A DNA stretch of 64,000 nt from an uncultured Planctomycetales bacterium (GCA_964542785.1 CAZIUK010000001.1:506862-570861); one strand, 5' to 3'. Positions 10,107 through 20,977 are shown, counted from the stretch's first letter. The notes: generated from the letters alone by a model not told the origin. Numbers and translations are program-made.

Positions 10107-10943
10107 ATGAGGCTAACGATAAAAGATATAAAAGAATTAAAAAATAAGCGGAAGATTACTATGCTTACTGCCTATGATTATCCTACTGCCTTTTTATTAG
10201 ATAAGGCGGGGATAGATATCATCCTTGTCGGGGACTCTTTGGCTAATGTCGTCTTAGGATTAGATTCAACTACTTCAATAGACATGTCTGAGATGATCCA
10301 CCACTCAAAAGCAGTCACCCGTGCAGTAAAAAATAGTATCGTCTTAGGTGATATGCCCTTTAGCTCCTACCAGTTAAACCCCAATGAAGCCTTGCCAAAT
10401 GCAAAGAGATTTATTACCGAAGCGTCTTGTTCAGGAGTAAAATTAGAGTGGTTTGATAAATGCCCCGAGGTAACTAAAGAAATAACCCAAGAAGGCATAC
10501 CGGTCATGGGGCATATTGGGCTTACTCCACAGACAGCAGAAAAAGAAAGAGGTTTTAAGGTCCAAGGAAGAGAAGCTCTTTCAGCTAAGAGGTTAATTGA
10601 AGAGGCTATTATCCTTGAAGATAGCGGGTGTTTCGCTATTGTCTTAGAGTGCGTACCGGATAAACTTTCCGAGATAATTACAAAAAAAATAAAAATCCCT
10701 ACAATAGGAATTGGCGCAGGGCTACATTGTGATGGGCAGGTATTAGTGATCAATGATATGCTCGGATTATTTGAGAGATACACGCCTAAGTTTGTTAAAA
10801 AATATACTGACCTCTCCGATATAATCTTAAAGGCGATTAAAGAATACAAGGAAGATATCTTAAAAGAACGCTTCCCGCAAAAAGAGCACTCCTTTCTTAT
10901 GAAAGAAGAGGAGTTAAAAAAAATATACGAAGAAGAAAGTTGA
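10107..10943 (+). CDS. panB: 3-methyl-2-oxobutanoate hydroxymethyltransferase
   Basis: N-terminus MLTAYDYPTA...ILVGDSLANVVLG is diagnostic for PanB. Confidence 0.9.
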   Translation: MRLTIKDIKELKNKRKITMLTAYDYPTAFLLDKAGIDIILVGDSLANVVLGLDSTTSIDMSEMIHHSKAVTRAVKNSIVLGDMPFSSYQLNPNEALPNAKRFITEASCSGVKLEWFDKCPEVTKEITQEGIPVMGHIGLTPQTAEKERGFKVQGREALSAKRLIEEAIILEDSGCFAIVLECVPDKLSEIITKKIKIPTIGIGAGLHCDGQVLVINDMLGLFERYTPKFVKKYTDLSDIILKAIKEYKEDILKERFPQKEHSFLMKEEELKKIYEEES

Positions 10944-10987
10944 ATTATCTTGACTTTTTATTTGCTTTAGGTTAATAATAAAAGACT

Positions 10988-12295
10988 ATGTCTGCAACAA
11001 CAATGGATAAGATAGTTTCACTCTGCAAGCGCCGTGGTTTTATATTCCAATCTTCGGATATTTATGGAGGCTTAAGCAACACCTGGGATTATGGGCCGCA
11101 TGGAGCAGAACTAAAGAGAAACCTTAAAAACGCCTGGTGGAGCGCTAACGTACATAATCGTGATGATATGTATGGAATGGACTCAGCCATCCTTATGCAC
11201 CCAAAGGTCTGGGAGGCTTCCGGCCATGTAAAAAACTTCTTCGATTTAAAAAGCGACTGCTTATCCTGCCGTAAGCGCTTTAAAACCGAAGACTTAAAAG
11301 ACAAAAGTAAATGCCCTCAGTGCCAGGGAGAACTTACTGAAAGCAGGCCATTTAATCTTATGTTTAAAACCCATCAGGGCCCTTTAGAAGATGCTGAAAA
11401 CTTAATATATCTAAGGCCTGAAACGGCGCAAGGAATATTTGTCAACTTTGCTAATATCCTTGACTCACGCCACCCAAAGCTTCCCTTTGGCTTAGCGCAA
11501 ATAGGAAAATCTTTTAGGAACGAGATTACCCCGGGAAATTTTACTTTCCGCACGCGCGAGTTTGAACAGATGGAAATTGAATACTTTGTCCGGCCGCAAG
11601 ATGCAGACGAATATTATCAAGAGTGGGTTAACCTAAGGAAAGAATGGTATATTGCTTTAGGGATGACAAAAGAAAATTTACGCCTACGCCAACACAATAA
11701 AGAAGAGCTCGCCCACTACGCCTTAGCCTGCACAGATATAGAGTATAACTTTCCCTTTGGCTGGTCAGAATTAGAAGGAATTGCCAATAGAAGCGACTTT
11801 GACTTAAAAGAGCACTCAAAATACAGCAAGAAAGATTTAAGGTACTTTGACGATGCTGTAAAGGAAAGGTTCTATCCTTTTATCATTGAGCCTTCAGGAG
11901 GCATTGACAGGGCAGTTTTGGCATTTTTAGTTGACGCCTATACAGAAGAGAAAGTAAAGGATGAAACACGAGTAGTATTAAAATTAAGCAGAGAGCTTGC
12001 ACCAATAAAAGTAGCAGTATTTCCTCTTTTAAGGAATAGACAAAAGATAGTGACTTTAGCTAAAAATATCGCCTTTGATTTAAAAAAAGTTACCGTAGCC
12101 GTATATGATGACACAGGAGCGATAGGAAAACTTTACCGCAGGCAGGATGAAATCGGCACGCTTTATTGTATTACGGTGGATATCCAGTCCCTTGAGGATA
12201 ATCAAGTAACAGTCCGTAACCGTGATACTATGCAGCAAGAGCGGATTGGTATTGACAGATTAAAAGAGTATATTACTAATAAGTTGCAGAGTTAG
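10988..12295 (+). CDS. glyQS: glycyl-tRNA synthetase, dimeric alpha2 type
   Basis: 435 aa with the class II GlyRS N-terminus (IVSLCKRRGFIFQSSDIYGGLSNTWDYGP) and a C-terminal anticodon-binding domain. Confidence 0.9.
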   Translation: MSATTMDKIVSLCKRRGFIFQSSDIYGGLSNTWDYGPHGAELKRNLKNAWWSANVHNRDDMYGMDSAILMHPKVWEASGHVKNFFDLKSDCLSCRKRFKTEDLKDKSKCPQCQGELTESRPFNLMFKTHQGPLEDAENLIYLRPETAQGIFVNFANILDSRHPKLPFGLAQIGKSFRNEITPGNFTFRTREFEQMEIEYFVRPQDADEYYQEWVNLRKEWYIALGMTKENLRLRQHNKEELAHYALACTDIEYNFPFGWSELEGIANRSDFDLKEHSKYSKKDLRYFDDAVKERFYPFIIEPSGGIDRAVLAFLVDAYTEEKVKDETRVVLKLSRELAPIKVAVFPLLRNRQKIVTLAKNIAFDLKKVTVAVYDDTGAIGKLYRRQDEIGTLYCITVDIQSLEDNQVTVRNRDTMQQERIGIDRLKEYITNKLQS

Positions 12296-12394
12296 TTTAC
12301 CGGTTAGCCAGTTATTCGGTTATTTTGTTGAGTAATCTTAAAAAGAGGCAACAGGGAAAACTAAAAAACTAAAAAAGGGAGGGTTACAAAGAAA

Positions 12395-15124
12395 ATGGCA
12401 AAGAAATATGTTTACAGCTTTGGTGGAGGAAGGGCAGACGGAAATGAAAGCATGAAGAACCTCTTAGGAGGGAAGGGTGCTAATTTAGCAGAGATGGCAG
12501 GGCATAAAAATTTAAAACTTCCTGTTCCGCCGGGATTTACTATAACTACGGATGTCTGCACCTACTATTACGCAAATAAACGCTCTTACCCAAAAGAACT
12601 CAAAGAGCAGGTAAATAAAGCTCTTGTTATAATAGAAAAAATAATGGATAAGAAGTTTGGCGATGTCAATAACCCTTTATTAGTATCTGTCCGCTCCGGA
12701 GCGCGCCGCTCAATGCCCGGAATGATGGAGACAGTATTAAATATCGGGTTAACTGAAAAGACTATCCCCGGGCTTATAAAACAAGCAGGGGGTAATGAGC
12801 GTTTTGTCTATGACGCATACAGAAGGCTGATTATGATGTATTCTGATGTAGTTATGGAGAAGGCCGCCGGTATTGAGCCAAAAGAGGATATGGGTATCCG
12901 TAAACAACTTGAACGGATTATGGATGAAGTAAAGCACAAAAGAGGAGTTAAGGCAGACACCGACCTAAACGCTAACGACCTAAAAGAGATATGCAGTAGT
13001 TTTAAATCTAAAATCAAAGAGGTCTTAGGCAAAGAATTCCCGGACAACCCGATACAACAGCTATGGGGCGGGATAGGAGCAGTATTTGCCTCTTGGAACG
13101 GAAAGCGCGCAATAAGTTACCGCCGGATTGAGAATATACCTGATGAGTGGGGGACAGCAGTAAATGTTCAAGTAATGGTCTTTGGCAACATGGGAAGTGA
13201 CTCTGCTACCGGGGTTGCCTTTACCAGAAATCCCGGCAACGGGGATAACCACTTCTACGGAGAATACCTTATGAATGCCCAAGGAGAAGATGTTGTTGCA
13301 GGTATCAGGACTCCTGCGCCGATCAACTCCTTTTCGCAATCTGTGCATAATAAAGATTTAGTAACCCTTGAAAAGGGTATGCCTAAGATATACCAAGAGT
13401 TATTCGCAATACAAAAGCGCTTAGAAAAACACTACCGCGATATGCAGGATATAGAGTTTACCATTGAAAGGGGCAAGCTCTATATGCTTCAATGCCGCGT
13501 AGGAAAACGCAATGGCCCGGCTGCGGTAAAAATGGCTGTAGATATGGTTAAAGAAAAGCTAATTAAAAAAGAAGAGGCTGTAATGCGCGTTACCCCTGCG
13601 CAATTAGATGAGCTTCTGCATCCTATAATTGACCCAAAAGCAGAAGTCCCCACTAAGCAGATAGCAAAAGGGCTTCCCGCAGGTCCAGGTGGCGCAACAG
13701 GACAAATAGTCTTTACAGCCTCAGATGCCGTATCTTGGACAAAAGAGGGAAAGAAGGTTATCCTTGTGCGTGAAGAGACAAACCCTGAAGATGTTGAAGG
13801 AATGCGCTCAGCCCAGGCAATACTTACTGCCCGCGGAGGGATGACATCACATGCGGCATTAGTAGCAAGAGGTTGGGGTAAGTGCTGTATTGTAGGTTGC
13901 AGTGCTTTACATATTGACCTGTCAAAAAGAGAGCTTAGCATCGGTGAAAAGACCTTAAAAGAGGGTGATTGGATATCCTTAAATGGAACTAAAGGCATTG
14001 CCTATGAAGGAAAGTTGCCAATGATAGACGCAAATCAAGAGAATGGACTTTTGATGAGTTTCCTTAAACTCTGCAATAACTTCCGTAAACTAGGGATACG
14101 TACCAATGCCGATACCCCAGAAGACGCCTCTATAGCAAAACAATTTGGCGCAGAGGGCATAGGACTCTTTAGGACTGAACATATGTTTTACGGTAAAGGA
14201 GCAGATGAACCCTTGTTTCATCTGCGTAAGATGATAGTCTCAACTACTAAAGAAGAAAGAGAAGAAGCCATAGCAGAACTATTCCCCTTTGTAAAAAAAG
14301 ATATAAAGGGAACGCTTGCGGCTATGGACGGATTCCCTGTGGTTATCCGTTTACTTGACCCGCCCTTACATGAGTTTGTTCCGCGTGAAGAGGCAAAATT
14401 AAAAGAGTTAGCCAAAGAGTTAAATATTTCAATGGAAGAGCTCTCTGAACGCGCTAAAGCTTTACACGAATCAAACCCAATGATGGGGCACCGCGGAGTG
14501 CGTCTCGGAGTAACTTACCCTAAGGTAAGCGCAATGCAAATGAGAGCTATACTTGAGGCAGCGGCAGAGCTTATAAAAGAGGGCAAGAAACCATATCCTG
14601 AAATTATGGTTCCGGTTATCTGTGATGTCAAAGAGTTAAATGACCAGTATGAGATATACAAAAAGGTATATGCTGAAACATTAAAGAAATACAACCTAAA
14701 AAGGATAAAAGCGCTCTATGGGACGATGATTGAGATTCCCCGGGCTGCCTTAGTCGCAGAAAAGATAGCCAAAACAGCGCAATTCTTCTCTTTTGGTACA
14801 AATGATATGACCCAGATGGGGTTTGGTTTCTCCCGCGACGATATGGGTGGATTTTTGCCGGATTATATAAACAAAGGGATATTACCGGAAGACCCATTTC
14901 AGACCATTGACCAAGAAGGAATTGGAGAGTTGATTAAAATTGGAATTCAGCGCGGAAGAAAAGGGCAAAAAGGCCTTGAGGTAGGAATTTGCGGCGAGCA
15001 TGGCGGAGAACCAAGATCAGTTGAGTTCTGTCATAATGTAGGTATGGATTATGTCAGCTGCTCGCCATTCAGGGTTCCTATTGCTAACTTAGCCGCTGCC
15101 CAAGCCGCCCTTAAGAAAAAATAA
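12395..15124 (+). CDS. ppdK: pyruvate, phosphate dikinase
   Basis: 909 aa; PPDK N-terminus (YSFGGG..GNESMKNLLGGKGANLAEM), phospho-His region (GGMTSHAALVARGWG) and a PEP-utilising C-terminal TIM barrel. Confidence 0.95.
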   Translation: MAKKYVYSFGGGRADGNESMKNLLGGKGANLAEMAGHKNLKLPVPPGFTITTDVCTYYYANKRSYPKELKEQVNKALVIIEKIMDKKFGDVNNPLLVSVRSGARRSMPGMMETVLNIGLTEKTIPGLIKQAGGNERFVYDAYRRLIMMYSDVVMEKAAGIEPKEDMGIRKQLERIMDEVKHKRGVKADTDLNANDLKEICSSFKSKIKEVLGKEFPDNPIQQLWGGIGAVFASWNGKRAISYRRIENIPDEWGTAVNVQVMVFGNMGSDSATGVAFTRNPGNGDNHFYGEYLMNAQGEDVVAGIRTPAPINSFSQSVHNKDLVTLEKGMPKIYQELFAIQKRLEKHYRDMQDIEFTIERGKLYMLQCRVGKRNGPAAVKMAVDMVKEKLIKKEEAVMRVTPAQLDELLHPIIDPKAEVPTKQIAKGLPAGPGGATGQIVFTASDAVSWTKEGKKVILVREETNPEDVEGMRSAQAILTARGGMTSHAALVARGWGKCCIVGCSALHIDLSKRELSIGEKTLKEGDWISLNGTKGIAYEGKLPMIDANQENGLLMSFLKLCNNFRKLGIRTNADTPEDASIAKQFGAEGIGLFRTEHMFYGKGADEPLFHLRKMIVSTTKEEREEAIAELFPFVKKDIKGTLAAMDGFPVVIRLLDPPLHEFVPREEAKLKELAKELNISMEELSERAKALHESNPMMGHRGVRLGVTYPKVSAMQMRAILEAAAELIKEGKKPYPEIMVPVICDVKELNDQYEIYKKVYAETLKKYNLKRIKALYGTMIEIPRAALVAEKIAKTAQFFSFGTNDMTQMGFGFSRDDMGGFLPDYINKGILPEDPFQTIDQEGIGELIKIGIQRGRKGQKGLEVGICGEHGGEPRSVEFCHNVGMDYVSCSPFRVPIANLAAAQAALKKK

Positions 15125-15280
15125 GGATAAAATAAGGGACGGTTCTGCGCAACAGAGCCTATTAAAACATAACGAGTTAGAAGAAGAGCAAAGTATGATT
15201 TTAAGGGATATATTTTTTGATTATGGTCATGCTGTAACTTATTGCTATACTGATAGTTGCAAGCAGGAGAACCGCCCCCC

Positions 15281-16096
15281 ATGGAATCGTTAAGGATATA
15301 TCTAAAAGAGGTTAGGAATATACCCCTTCTTACAGCAAAGGAAGAGATAACGCTCTCCCATAAGATAAAAAAAGGCGATGAGCAGGCGCGCAAAAAGATG
15401 ATTAAGTCAAACCTACGCTTAGTTATCAATATCGCTAAAAGGTATATGCGTTTAGGCACTCCCTTTCTAGATTTAATAGAAGAGGGAAACTTAGGATTGA
15501 TGAAGGCAGTTGATAGATTCAACCCTAAAAAGGGTTTTCGTTTTTCTACCTATGCGGCGTGGTGGATAAAACAGGGAATTACCCGCTCGCTCTCTGAACA
15601 GGGAAAGATGATACGCGTCCCGGTCTATATGAATGAACTCATAACCAAGTGGCGCAAGACTAAGGAGCGCCTTACCCAAAAATTTAAAAGGGCTCCTACT
15701 GATTTAGAGATAGCCAAAAAATTAAAACTCTCCGAAGATAAGATTGAACAGATAAACTTCTGGATGGGCTCTACAACCTCATCCCTTGACTCACCTATAG
15801 GAGAAGAAAATGAAGGTAAGGTTTCAGACCTTATAGAGGACCAAACTGCTATCCAGCCAGACAGCTCAATTGAGCGCATACTAGATAAGGAACGCGTAGA
15901 GAATCTCCTTGAGATAATGAGCCAGAGGGAGCGAGAAATATTAGACTTGCGTTTTGGCTTGGCAGATAAAAAACCTCATACCTTAGCCGAGGTCGCCAAA
16001 AAGTTTAAAATTTCAAGAGAGAGGGTTAGGCAAATAGAAGAGTCTGCCCTAAAAAAAATCCGCAAGTTCGTTAAAGAAACAAAAGAAGAGATCTAA
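15281..16096 (+). CDS. RNA polymerase sigma factor, sigma-70 family
   Basis: Regions 2-4 are recognisable (LRLVINIAKRY, IEEGNLGLMKAVDRF, YAAWWIKQ; C-terminal HTH TLAEVAKKFKISRERVRQIE); the ORF track's TTG start at 15257 is replaced by the ATG at 15281. Confidence 0.8.
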   Translation: MESLRIYLKEVRNIPLLTAKEEITLSHKIKKGDEQARKKMIKSNLRLVINIAKRYMRLGTPFLDLIEEGNLGLMKAVDRFNPKKGFRFSTYAAWWIKQGITRSLSEQGKMIRVPVYMNELITKWRKTKERLTQKFKRAPTDLEIAKKLKLSEDKIEQINFWMGSTTSSLDSPIGEENEGKVSDLIEDQTAIQPDSSIERILDKERVENLLEIMSQREREILDLRFGLADKKPHTLAEVAKKFKISRERVRQIEESALKKIRKFVKETKEEI

Positions 16097-16098
16097 AG

Positions 16099-16632
16099 AT
16101 GCCAAAAAAAACAAGTCTTGAAAAATATATCCGCAGTATCCCTAACTTTCCTAAAAAAGGAATTCTCTTTAGGGACATAACCACACTAATTCAACACAAA
16201 AAAGGTTTTAAAGAATCAGTTGACCTCTTGGTGAAAAAGTATAAAACAAAAAAAATTGACAAGGTTGTTGCAGTTGAAGCACGCGGCTTTATCTTTGGCG
16301 CGGCAGTAGCCTACAAATTAGGCGCCGGCTTTGTTCCAGTAAGAAAAAAAGGCAAACTTCCTTATAAAACAAACTCCGTAACTTATTCCCTTGAATATGG
16401 GATAGACACTTTAGAAATTCATCAAGACGCAATTAAAAAAAGTGAAAAGATTTTAATTGTAGATGACCTTTTAGCCACAGGCGGAACAGTTAAAGCAGTT
16501 ACTAGGCTGATAAAAAAGTTGGGGGGAAAGATAGTCAGCATTGCTTTTGTAATTGAGCTATTTGATTTAAAAGGCAAAGATAAACTAAAAGGTTATGATA
16601 TTTATTCTTTGATAAAGTTCCCCGGGCATTAA
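16099..16632 (+). CDS. apt: adenine phosphoribosyltransferase
   Basis: 177 aa with the PRPP-binding motif ILIVDDLLATGGT. Confidence 0.9.
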   Translation: MPKKTSLEKYIRSIPNFPKKGILFRDITTLIQHKKGFKESVDLLVKKYKTKKIDKVVAVEARGFIFGAAVAYKLGAGFVPVRKKGKLPYKTNSVTYSLEYGIDTLEIHQDAIKKSEKILIVDDLLATGGTVKAVTRLIKKLGGKIVSIAFVIELFDLKGKDKLKGYDIYSLIKFPGH

Positions 16633-16638
16633 CAAGTT

Positions 16639-16712
16639 GCCCCTGTAGCTCATAAGGATAGAGCAACGGTTTCCTAAACCGTGTGCGGCAGGTTCGATTC
16701 CTGCCAGGGGCA
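16639..16712 (+). tRNA. tRNA-Arg (anticodon CCT)
   Basis: Cloverleaf folded by hand: acceptor GCCCCTG/CAGGGGC, anticodon stem ACGGT/ACCGT with loop TTCCTAA, T-arm GCAGG-TTCGATT-CCTGC, discriminator A; no CCA encoded. Confidence 0.8.
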
Positions 16713-16721
16713 TTAAAGTAT

Positions 16722-17378
16722 ATGTATAATCTACACGCGCATACATTTTTAAGCGACGGACAGCTGCTTCCTTCGGAAGTAGCTGTCCGTTACCAAGCAG
16801 CAGGGTATAAGGCAATAGCTATCACTGACCACGCAGACTATAGCAATATAAAACCTGCGTCTAAAGCAGTTGTAGAGTTTGTCCGTAAGTGGCCAAAGGA
16901 CTCAAATATTGCAGTACTCTCAGGAATAGAACTAACTCATCTCCCTCCGCAGCAATTTAAGCCCTTAGCAGCTTTGGCAAGAAGATTAGGGGTAGAGATT
17001 ATCATTGCTCACGGAGAGACCCCAATGGAACCAGTTGCCGCAGGCACAAACCACTTTGCACTCTTATCTGATATTGACATTTTAGCTCACCCGGGTTTAA
17101 TTACTGATGAGGACACCCAACTTGCCGCTAAAAGAGGCATATTTCTTGAGGTTACCAGTAGGCACGGTCACTCTCAAACCAATGAACACGTTGTAAAACA
17201 GGCAAGAAAATTTAATGCTAAATTAATCCTAAATAATGACAGCCACGCACCAATAGATATCATCACCCCGGAAAAGTTAAAAGAGGTCGGTTTAAAAAGC
17301 GGCTTGACTGAAGAAGAGACAGATAGGATAATAAAGGATACTGAAATCTTAATTAGAAAAAAGCGGAGGCAAATATGA
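16722..17378 (+). CDS. PHP-domain phosphoesterase
   Basis: Opens with the HAHT motif (MYNLHAHTFLSDG) and has downstream His/Asp PHP motifs; the ORF-track start at 16683 lies inside the tRNA, so the ATG at 16722 is used. Confidence 0.65.
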   Translation: MYNLHAHTFLSDGQLLPSEVAVRYQAAGYKAIAITDHADYSNIKPASKAVVEFVRKWPKDSNIAVLSGIELTHLPPQQFKPLAALARRLGVEIIIAHGETPMEPVAAGTNHFALLSDIDILAHPGLITDEDTQLAAKRGIFLEVTSRHGHSQTNEHVVKQARKFNAKLILNNDSHAPIDIITPEKLKEVGLKSGLTEEETDRIIKDTEILIRKKRRQI

Positions 17379-17851
17379 AAAAAAGACTTTCTCTGACTAC
17401 TAACTACTGGCTGCTAACTACTCTTTCTCTACTTATCATAAGCGGATGTGCCACAACAGACAATAGTGACTTTAAATCTCCAGGCTCAGTAGCTCCCCTT
17501 AAAACTCAAGCAATCTTAAAATTTACTGATATCCCGGTTCCTGTTGGTTTAAAACCTTTGCCCCTTGAATCCTACTCATTCGAATCTTCAGGTATACGCG
17601 TAGGAGCATTAAAATACATAGGCAAGGCAAATCCGGACCAGGTCATTACCTTTTATAAAGACCAGATGCCGATGTACAATTGGTACTTAGTCAATATAAT
17701 AGAGTACGGACAAAGGTTACTTAACTTTGAACGGGAGACAGAGTCCTGTATAATCTCCATACAGCCAAAAGGAAGCAGTATCATCTTAACCATATCCTTA
17801 GGCCCTAAACCACAAACACCTATAAGAAAAAGTCGTCAGGCGCTTCACTAA
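17375..17851 (+). CDS. hypothetical lipoprotein
   Basis: Signal peptide with lipobox LIISGC; no recognisable domain. Confidence 0.45.
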   Translation: MKKRLSLTTNYWLLTTLSLLIISGCATTDNSDFKSPGSVAPLKTQAILKFTDIPVPVGLKPLPLESYSFESSGIRVGALKYIGKANPDQVITFYKDQMPMYNWYLVNIIEYGQRLLNFERETESCIISIQPKGSSIILTISLGPKPQTPIRKSRQALH

Positions 17852-17984
17852 CCTAAGAAAAAAAGCTTGACAAGCTTCTCTATATGTGTTAAAAAAGATG
17901 ATAATACTAACACGGTAAGTGTATTTATATAGATTACTAGGTTTAAAATTATACTAAGAACAAAAACAAAGGAGGGAACAAAAA

Positions 17985-19307
17985 ATGGGAAGACGCTTGA
18001 TTGTAGTCTTAGCACTCGCCTTAGCAGTTGCTATTACGCTTAGCCCTGCTTTTGCCGAAGTGCAAAACGTCAAAGTAAGCGGAGACCTAAATATGTTCGG
18101 GGCTATCCGCAACAACTTTGGTTTGACTCGCGGCCCGGATGGTAACAGACGCAATAATGACGAAAGTTTTATTGCTACGCAGACTCGCGTAAAGATTGAC
18201 GCAGACTTAACAGATAATGTATCTGCGGTAGTCAGGTTAATTAACGAAAGAAAATGGAATAGCAATGAAGAGACTAAGATTGACTTGGATTTAGCATATG
18301 TAGGTTTAAAAGAATTCCTATACTCTCCGTTATCTCTTACCATAGGTCGTCAAGAACTAATTTATGGCAACAAACTCATTCTTGGCAAGAGTAGTGTAGG
18401 CTCTAGTGCTAGCGGCATACCAACAGACTTAAGCTTAAAAAAGTCCTTTGATGCTATAAAGGCAGTTCTTAACTATGACCCGTTGGTAGTTGATTTAATT
18501 TATGCTAAGATTAGCGAAGATAGTAGTAGAAGCGTAAAAGATGATGCTAACCTATACGGCATCTATGCATCCTATGATGTAAATAGGAAACTTAAAGCAG
18601 ACGTTTATGGGTTTTACAAAAAGGATAGGAATAAGGCTTCAGCTATATTCAAAAATGATACAGTCTTAACTGTCGGTTCCTTAATAACTGCTACGCCAAT
18701 AGATAACTTAAAGACATCCTTAGAAGCAGCTATGCAGTTTGGGAAACGCGCTATAGGCAAAACAACTACAAGAGACAGCAGAACAAAGGCATGGGCTTTG
18801 CAAGCAGCAGCTGAATATACCTTAAGTAACGTAAAGTTTACTCCTACAATCGGAGCATCCTTTACCCACCTAAGTGGCGACAAAGATGGAGAAAATGGAA
18901 AGAGGGCTTGGGATTCAATGTTCCAGGATCAAGCACTTAATAACATCACTAATGCTATAATTCCTTTTACAAACTTAAATGTCCTTAACCTAAAAGGAAG
19001 CATGAAGCCAACTGATGATGTTACCTTGTGCGCTAACTGGGGTTTTTATATTAGAGATAGAAAGAGCCCAGGCAGCATGATTAGTCCAGCAACTGATTCC
19101 AATGGTTCTTCTTCTTCATATGGCAATTACAATATGACCAGTAAGAAATACTTAGGCAATGCCTTGGACCTTACTGCTACTTATGATTACACTGAAGATG
19201 TTCAATTTGGTTTAACTACCGGATGGTTTATGCCTGGAAATGCATTCGAAAAAGATAACCGCCGCATAGCATCTCAGGTAATCGGTTCAATGAAAGTAAC
19301 ATTCTAA
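17985..19307 (+). CDS. outer-membrane beta-barrel protein (porin-like)
   Basis: Cleavable signal peptide (AFA-EV), alternating amphipathic beta-rich sequence and an aromatic C-terminal residue (…MKVTF); good RBS AAAGGAGGG. Confidence 0.5.
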   Translation: MGRRLIVVLALALAVAITLSPAFAEVQNVKVSGDLNMFGAIRNNFGLTRGPDGNRRNNDESFIATQTRVKIDADLTDNVSAVVRLINERKWNSNEETKIDLDLAYVGLKEFLYSPLSLTIGRQELIYGNKLILGKSSVGSSASGIPTDLSLKKSFDAIKAVLNYDPLVVDLIYAKISEDSSRSVKDDANLYGIYASYDVNRKLKADVYGFYKKDRNKASAIFKNDTVLTVGSLITATPIDNLKTSLEAAMQFGKRAIGKTTTRDSRTKAWALQAAAEYTLSNVKFTPTIGASFTHLSGDKDGENGKRAWDSMFQDQALNNITNAIIPFTNLNVLNLKGSMKPTDDVTLCANWGFYIRDRKSPGSMISPATDSNGSSSSYGNYNMTSKKYLGNALDLTATYDYTEDVQFGLTTGWFMPGNAFEKDNRRIASQVIGSMKVTF

Positions 19308-19330
19308 GTAATTAATGTAATAACCTTAAA

Positions 19331-19360
19331 CCCTCGGGGAGCAATCCCCGGGGGTTTTTT
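19331..19360 (+). terminator. rho-independent terminator downstream of the outer-membrane-protein gene
   Basis: CCCTCGGGG-AGCAAT-CCCCGGGGG stem-loop (one G.U wobble) followed by TTTTTT. Confidence 0.6.
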
Positions 19361-19385
19361 ACTAACCTAATTACTATCTACTATC

Positions 19386-20939
19386 ATGCTTTACTTATCA
19401 TTAATATTTCACATGCACCAACCTTATTACAAAAACCTCTTAACAGAAGAGAGTCATCTGCCTTGGGTGCGCTTACACGGGACAAAAGACTACCTTGATA
19501 TGCTTGAAGTAATAACTAACTACCCAAAAATCCAGGCTACCTTTAATATCGTTCCTTCCTTAATTGAGCAGATAGAAGATTATGCTAACGAGACAGTAAA
19601 AGATACTTTTTTAGAGCTCTCTTACAAAAAAGCAGTAGATTTAACTCATCTAGATAAGGAATTTTTGCTTAAGAACTTTTTTTCCATAAATAAGGACCGG
19701 GTAATTTCTTTATTCCCCCGCTATTATGAGCTTTATTTTAAGAAACAAAAATCCCTAAGCTTTGATACTCAGGATTTTCTTGACCTACAAACCCTCTTTA
19801 ACTTAGCCTGGATAGACCCTATCTATAGAGAAAGATACGAACCCTTAAAAAACGCAATAAAAAAAGCCCGCTATTTTACTGAAGAAGAAAAGCGCGCAGT
19901 TTTAGATACCCAGATAGCTATACTAAAAAAGATACTCCCTGCTTATAAAAAGGCAGGGGAGGCAAGACAAATTGAGTTTAGCGTAACTCCTTATTATCAC
20001 CCTATACTTCCGCTTTTAGCTACTACCAATGCTGCAAAAGAGGCAAACCTACGCTCTCTATTACCAAAAAAAGAGTTTAAATATCCTCTTGATGCAAAGG
20101 CACATATAGAAAGCGCGGTCAATTTCTATAAAGAACGCTTAGGGTACAGTCCTCTTGGTATGTGGCCATCTGAAGAGGCAGTAAGTGAAAAGATACTCCC
20201 CTATATAATTGAATCCGGCATAAATTGGATAGTTACTGATGAAGCAATCCTCTTTAAGTCTTTAAATAAAAATAAAAGAGATACTAAATTTTTATACCAA
20301 CCCTATACCTTAAAAAGAAAAGAAGGGAATTTAAATATAATCTTTCGCGATACAAGCCTCTCTGATTTAATTGGCTTTGTCTATCATAATTGGGAGGCAA
20401 AAGCAGCAGCAACTGATTTTATCAACCACTTAGAGAATATAAATAAGGCATTTAAGGGTAAGGATCTATTAGTTGTAGTAGCTATGGACGGAGAAAACGC
20501 CTGGGAATACTTTGCTAATGACGGGCATTACTTTCTAAATGAGCTTTACAGCCAATTGTCAGACTCAAAAACAATTAAAACTACAACCGTCTCAGAATAT
20601 CTTAAAAATACCCCCCCAAAATTAAATATAAAACATCTATCCAGCGGCTCGTGGATTTATGGTAATTTTGACAAATGGATGAATAACGATTTAAAGACTC
20701 AATGTTGGGACTGGCTCCTTGATGCGCGCAAAAAAGTTGAAGAGGTAGAAAAAGCAAAAGATATTGACGAAAAAACAAAAAAACTAATCCTAAAGCAACT
20801 CCACATAGCTGAAGGAAGTGACTGGTTCTGGTGGGCAGGGGAGGACCCTGACGGCTCATTTGACCGCCTATACAAGATGCACTTAAATAACCTCTATAAG
20901 CTCCTACAAAAACCCCTTCCTGAATACTTAAAAGGATAG
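19386..20939 (+). CDS. glycoside hydrolase family 57 enzyme (glycogen branching enzyme or alpha-glucanotransferase type)
   Basis: N-terminal FHMHQPYY motif typical of GH57; 517 aa, close to the length of characterised GH57 branching enzymes. Confidence 0.75.
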   Translation: MLYLSLIFHMHQPYYKNLLTEESHLPWVRLHGTKDYLDMLEVITNYPKIQATFNIVPSLIEQIEDYANETVKDTFLELSYKKAVDLTHLDKEFLLKNFFSINKDRVISLFPRYYELYFKKQKSLSFDTQDFLDLQTLFNLAWIDPIYRERYEPLKNAIKKARYFTEEEKRAVLDTQIAILKKILPAYKKAGEARQIEFSVTPYYHPILPLLATTNAAKEANLRSLLPKKEFKYPLDAKAHIESAVNFYKERLGYSPLGMWPSEEAVSEKILPYIIESGINWIVTDEAILFKSLNKNKRDTKFLYQPYTLKRKEGNLNIIFRDTSLSDLIGFVYHNWEAKAAATDFINHLENINKAFKGKDLLVVVAMDGENAWEYFANDGHYFLNELYSQLSDSKTIKTTTVSEYLKNTPPKLNIKHLSSGSWIYGNFDKWMNNDLKTQCWDWLLDARKKVEEVEKAKDIDEKTKKLILKQLHIAEGSDWFWWAGEDPDGSFDRLYKMHLNNLYKLLQKPLPEYLKG

Positions 20940-20949
20940 GCTAATAAAG

Positions 20950-20977
20950 TTGACAAATCCTTTAAAAATGTTATACT
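20950..20977 (+). promoter_or_regulatory. sigma-70-like promoter (TTGACA, 16 nt spacer, TATACT) ahead of the pilus-like locus
   Basis: Hexamers read directly from the sequence at 20950-20955 and 20972-20977. Confidence 0.4.

Noticed and set aside
16585-16815. 76-aa - strand ORF and the 16683 start of the + strand ORF, both overlapping tRNA-Arg
   Set aside because: Both run through a clear tRNA cloverleaf. The PHP-domain gene starts at the downstream ATG (16722, MYNLHAHT).
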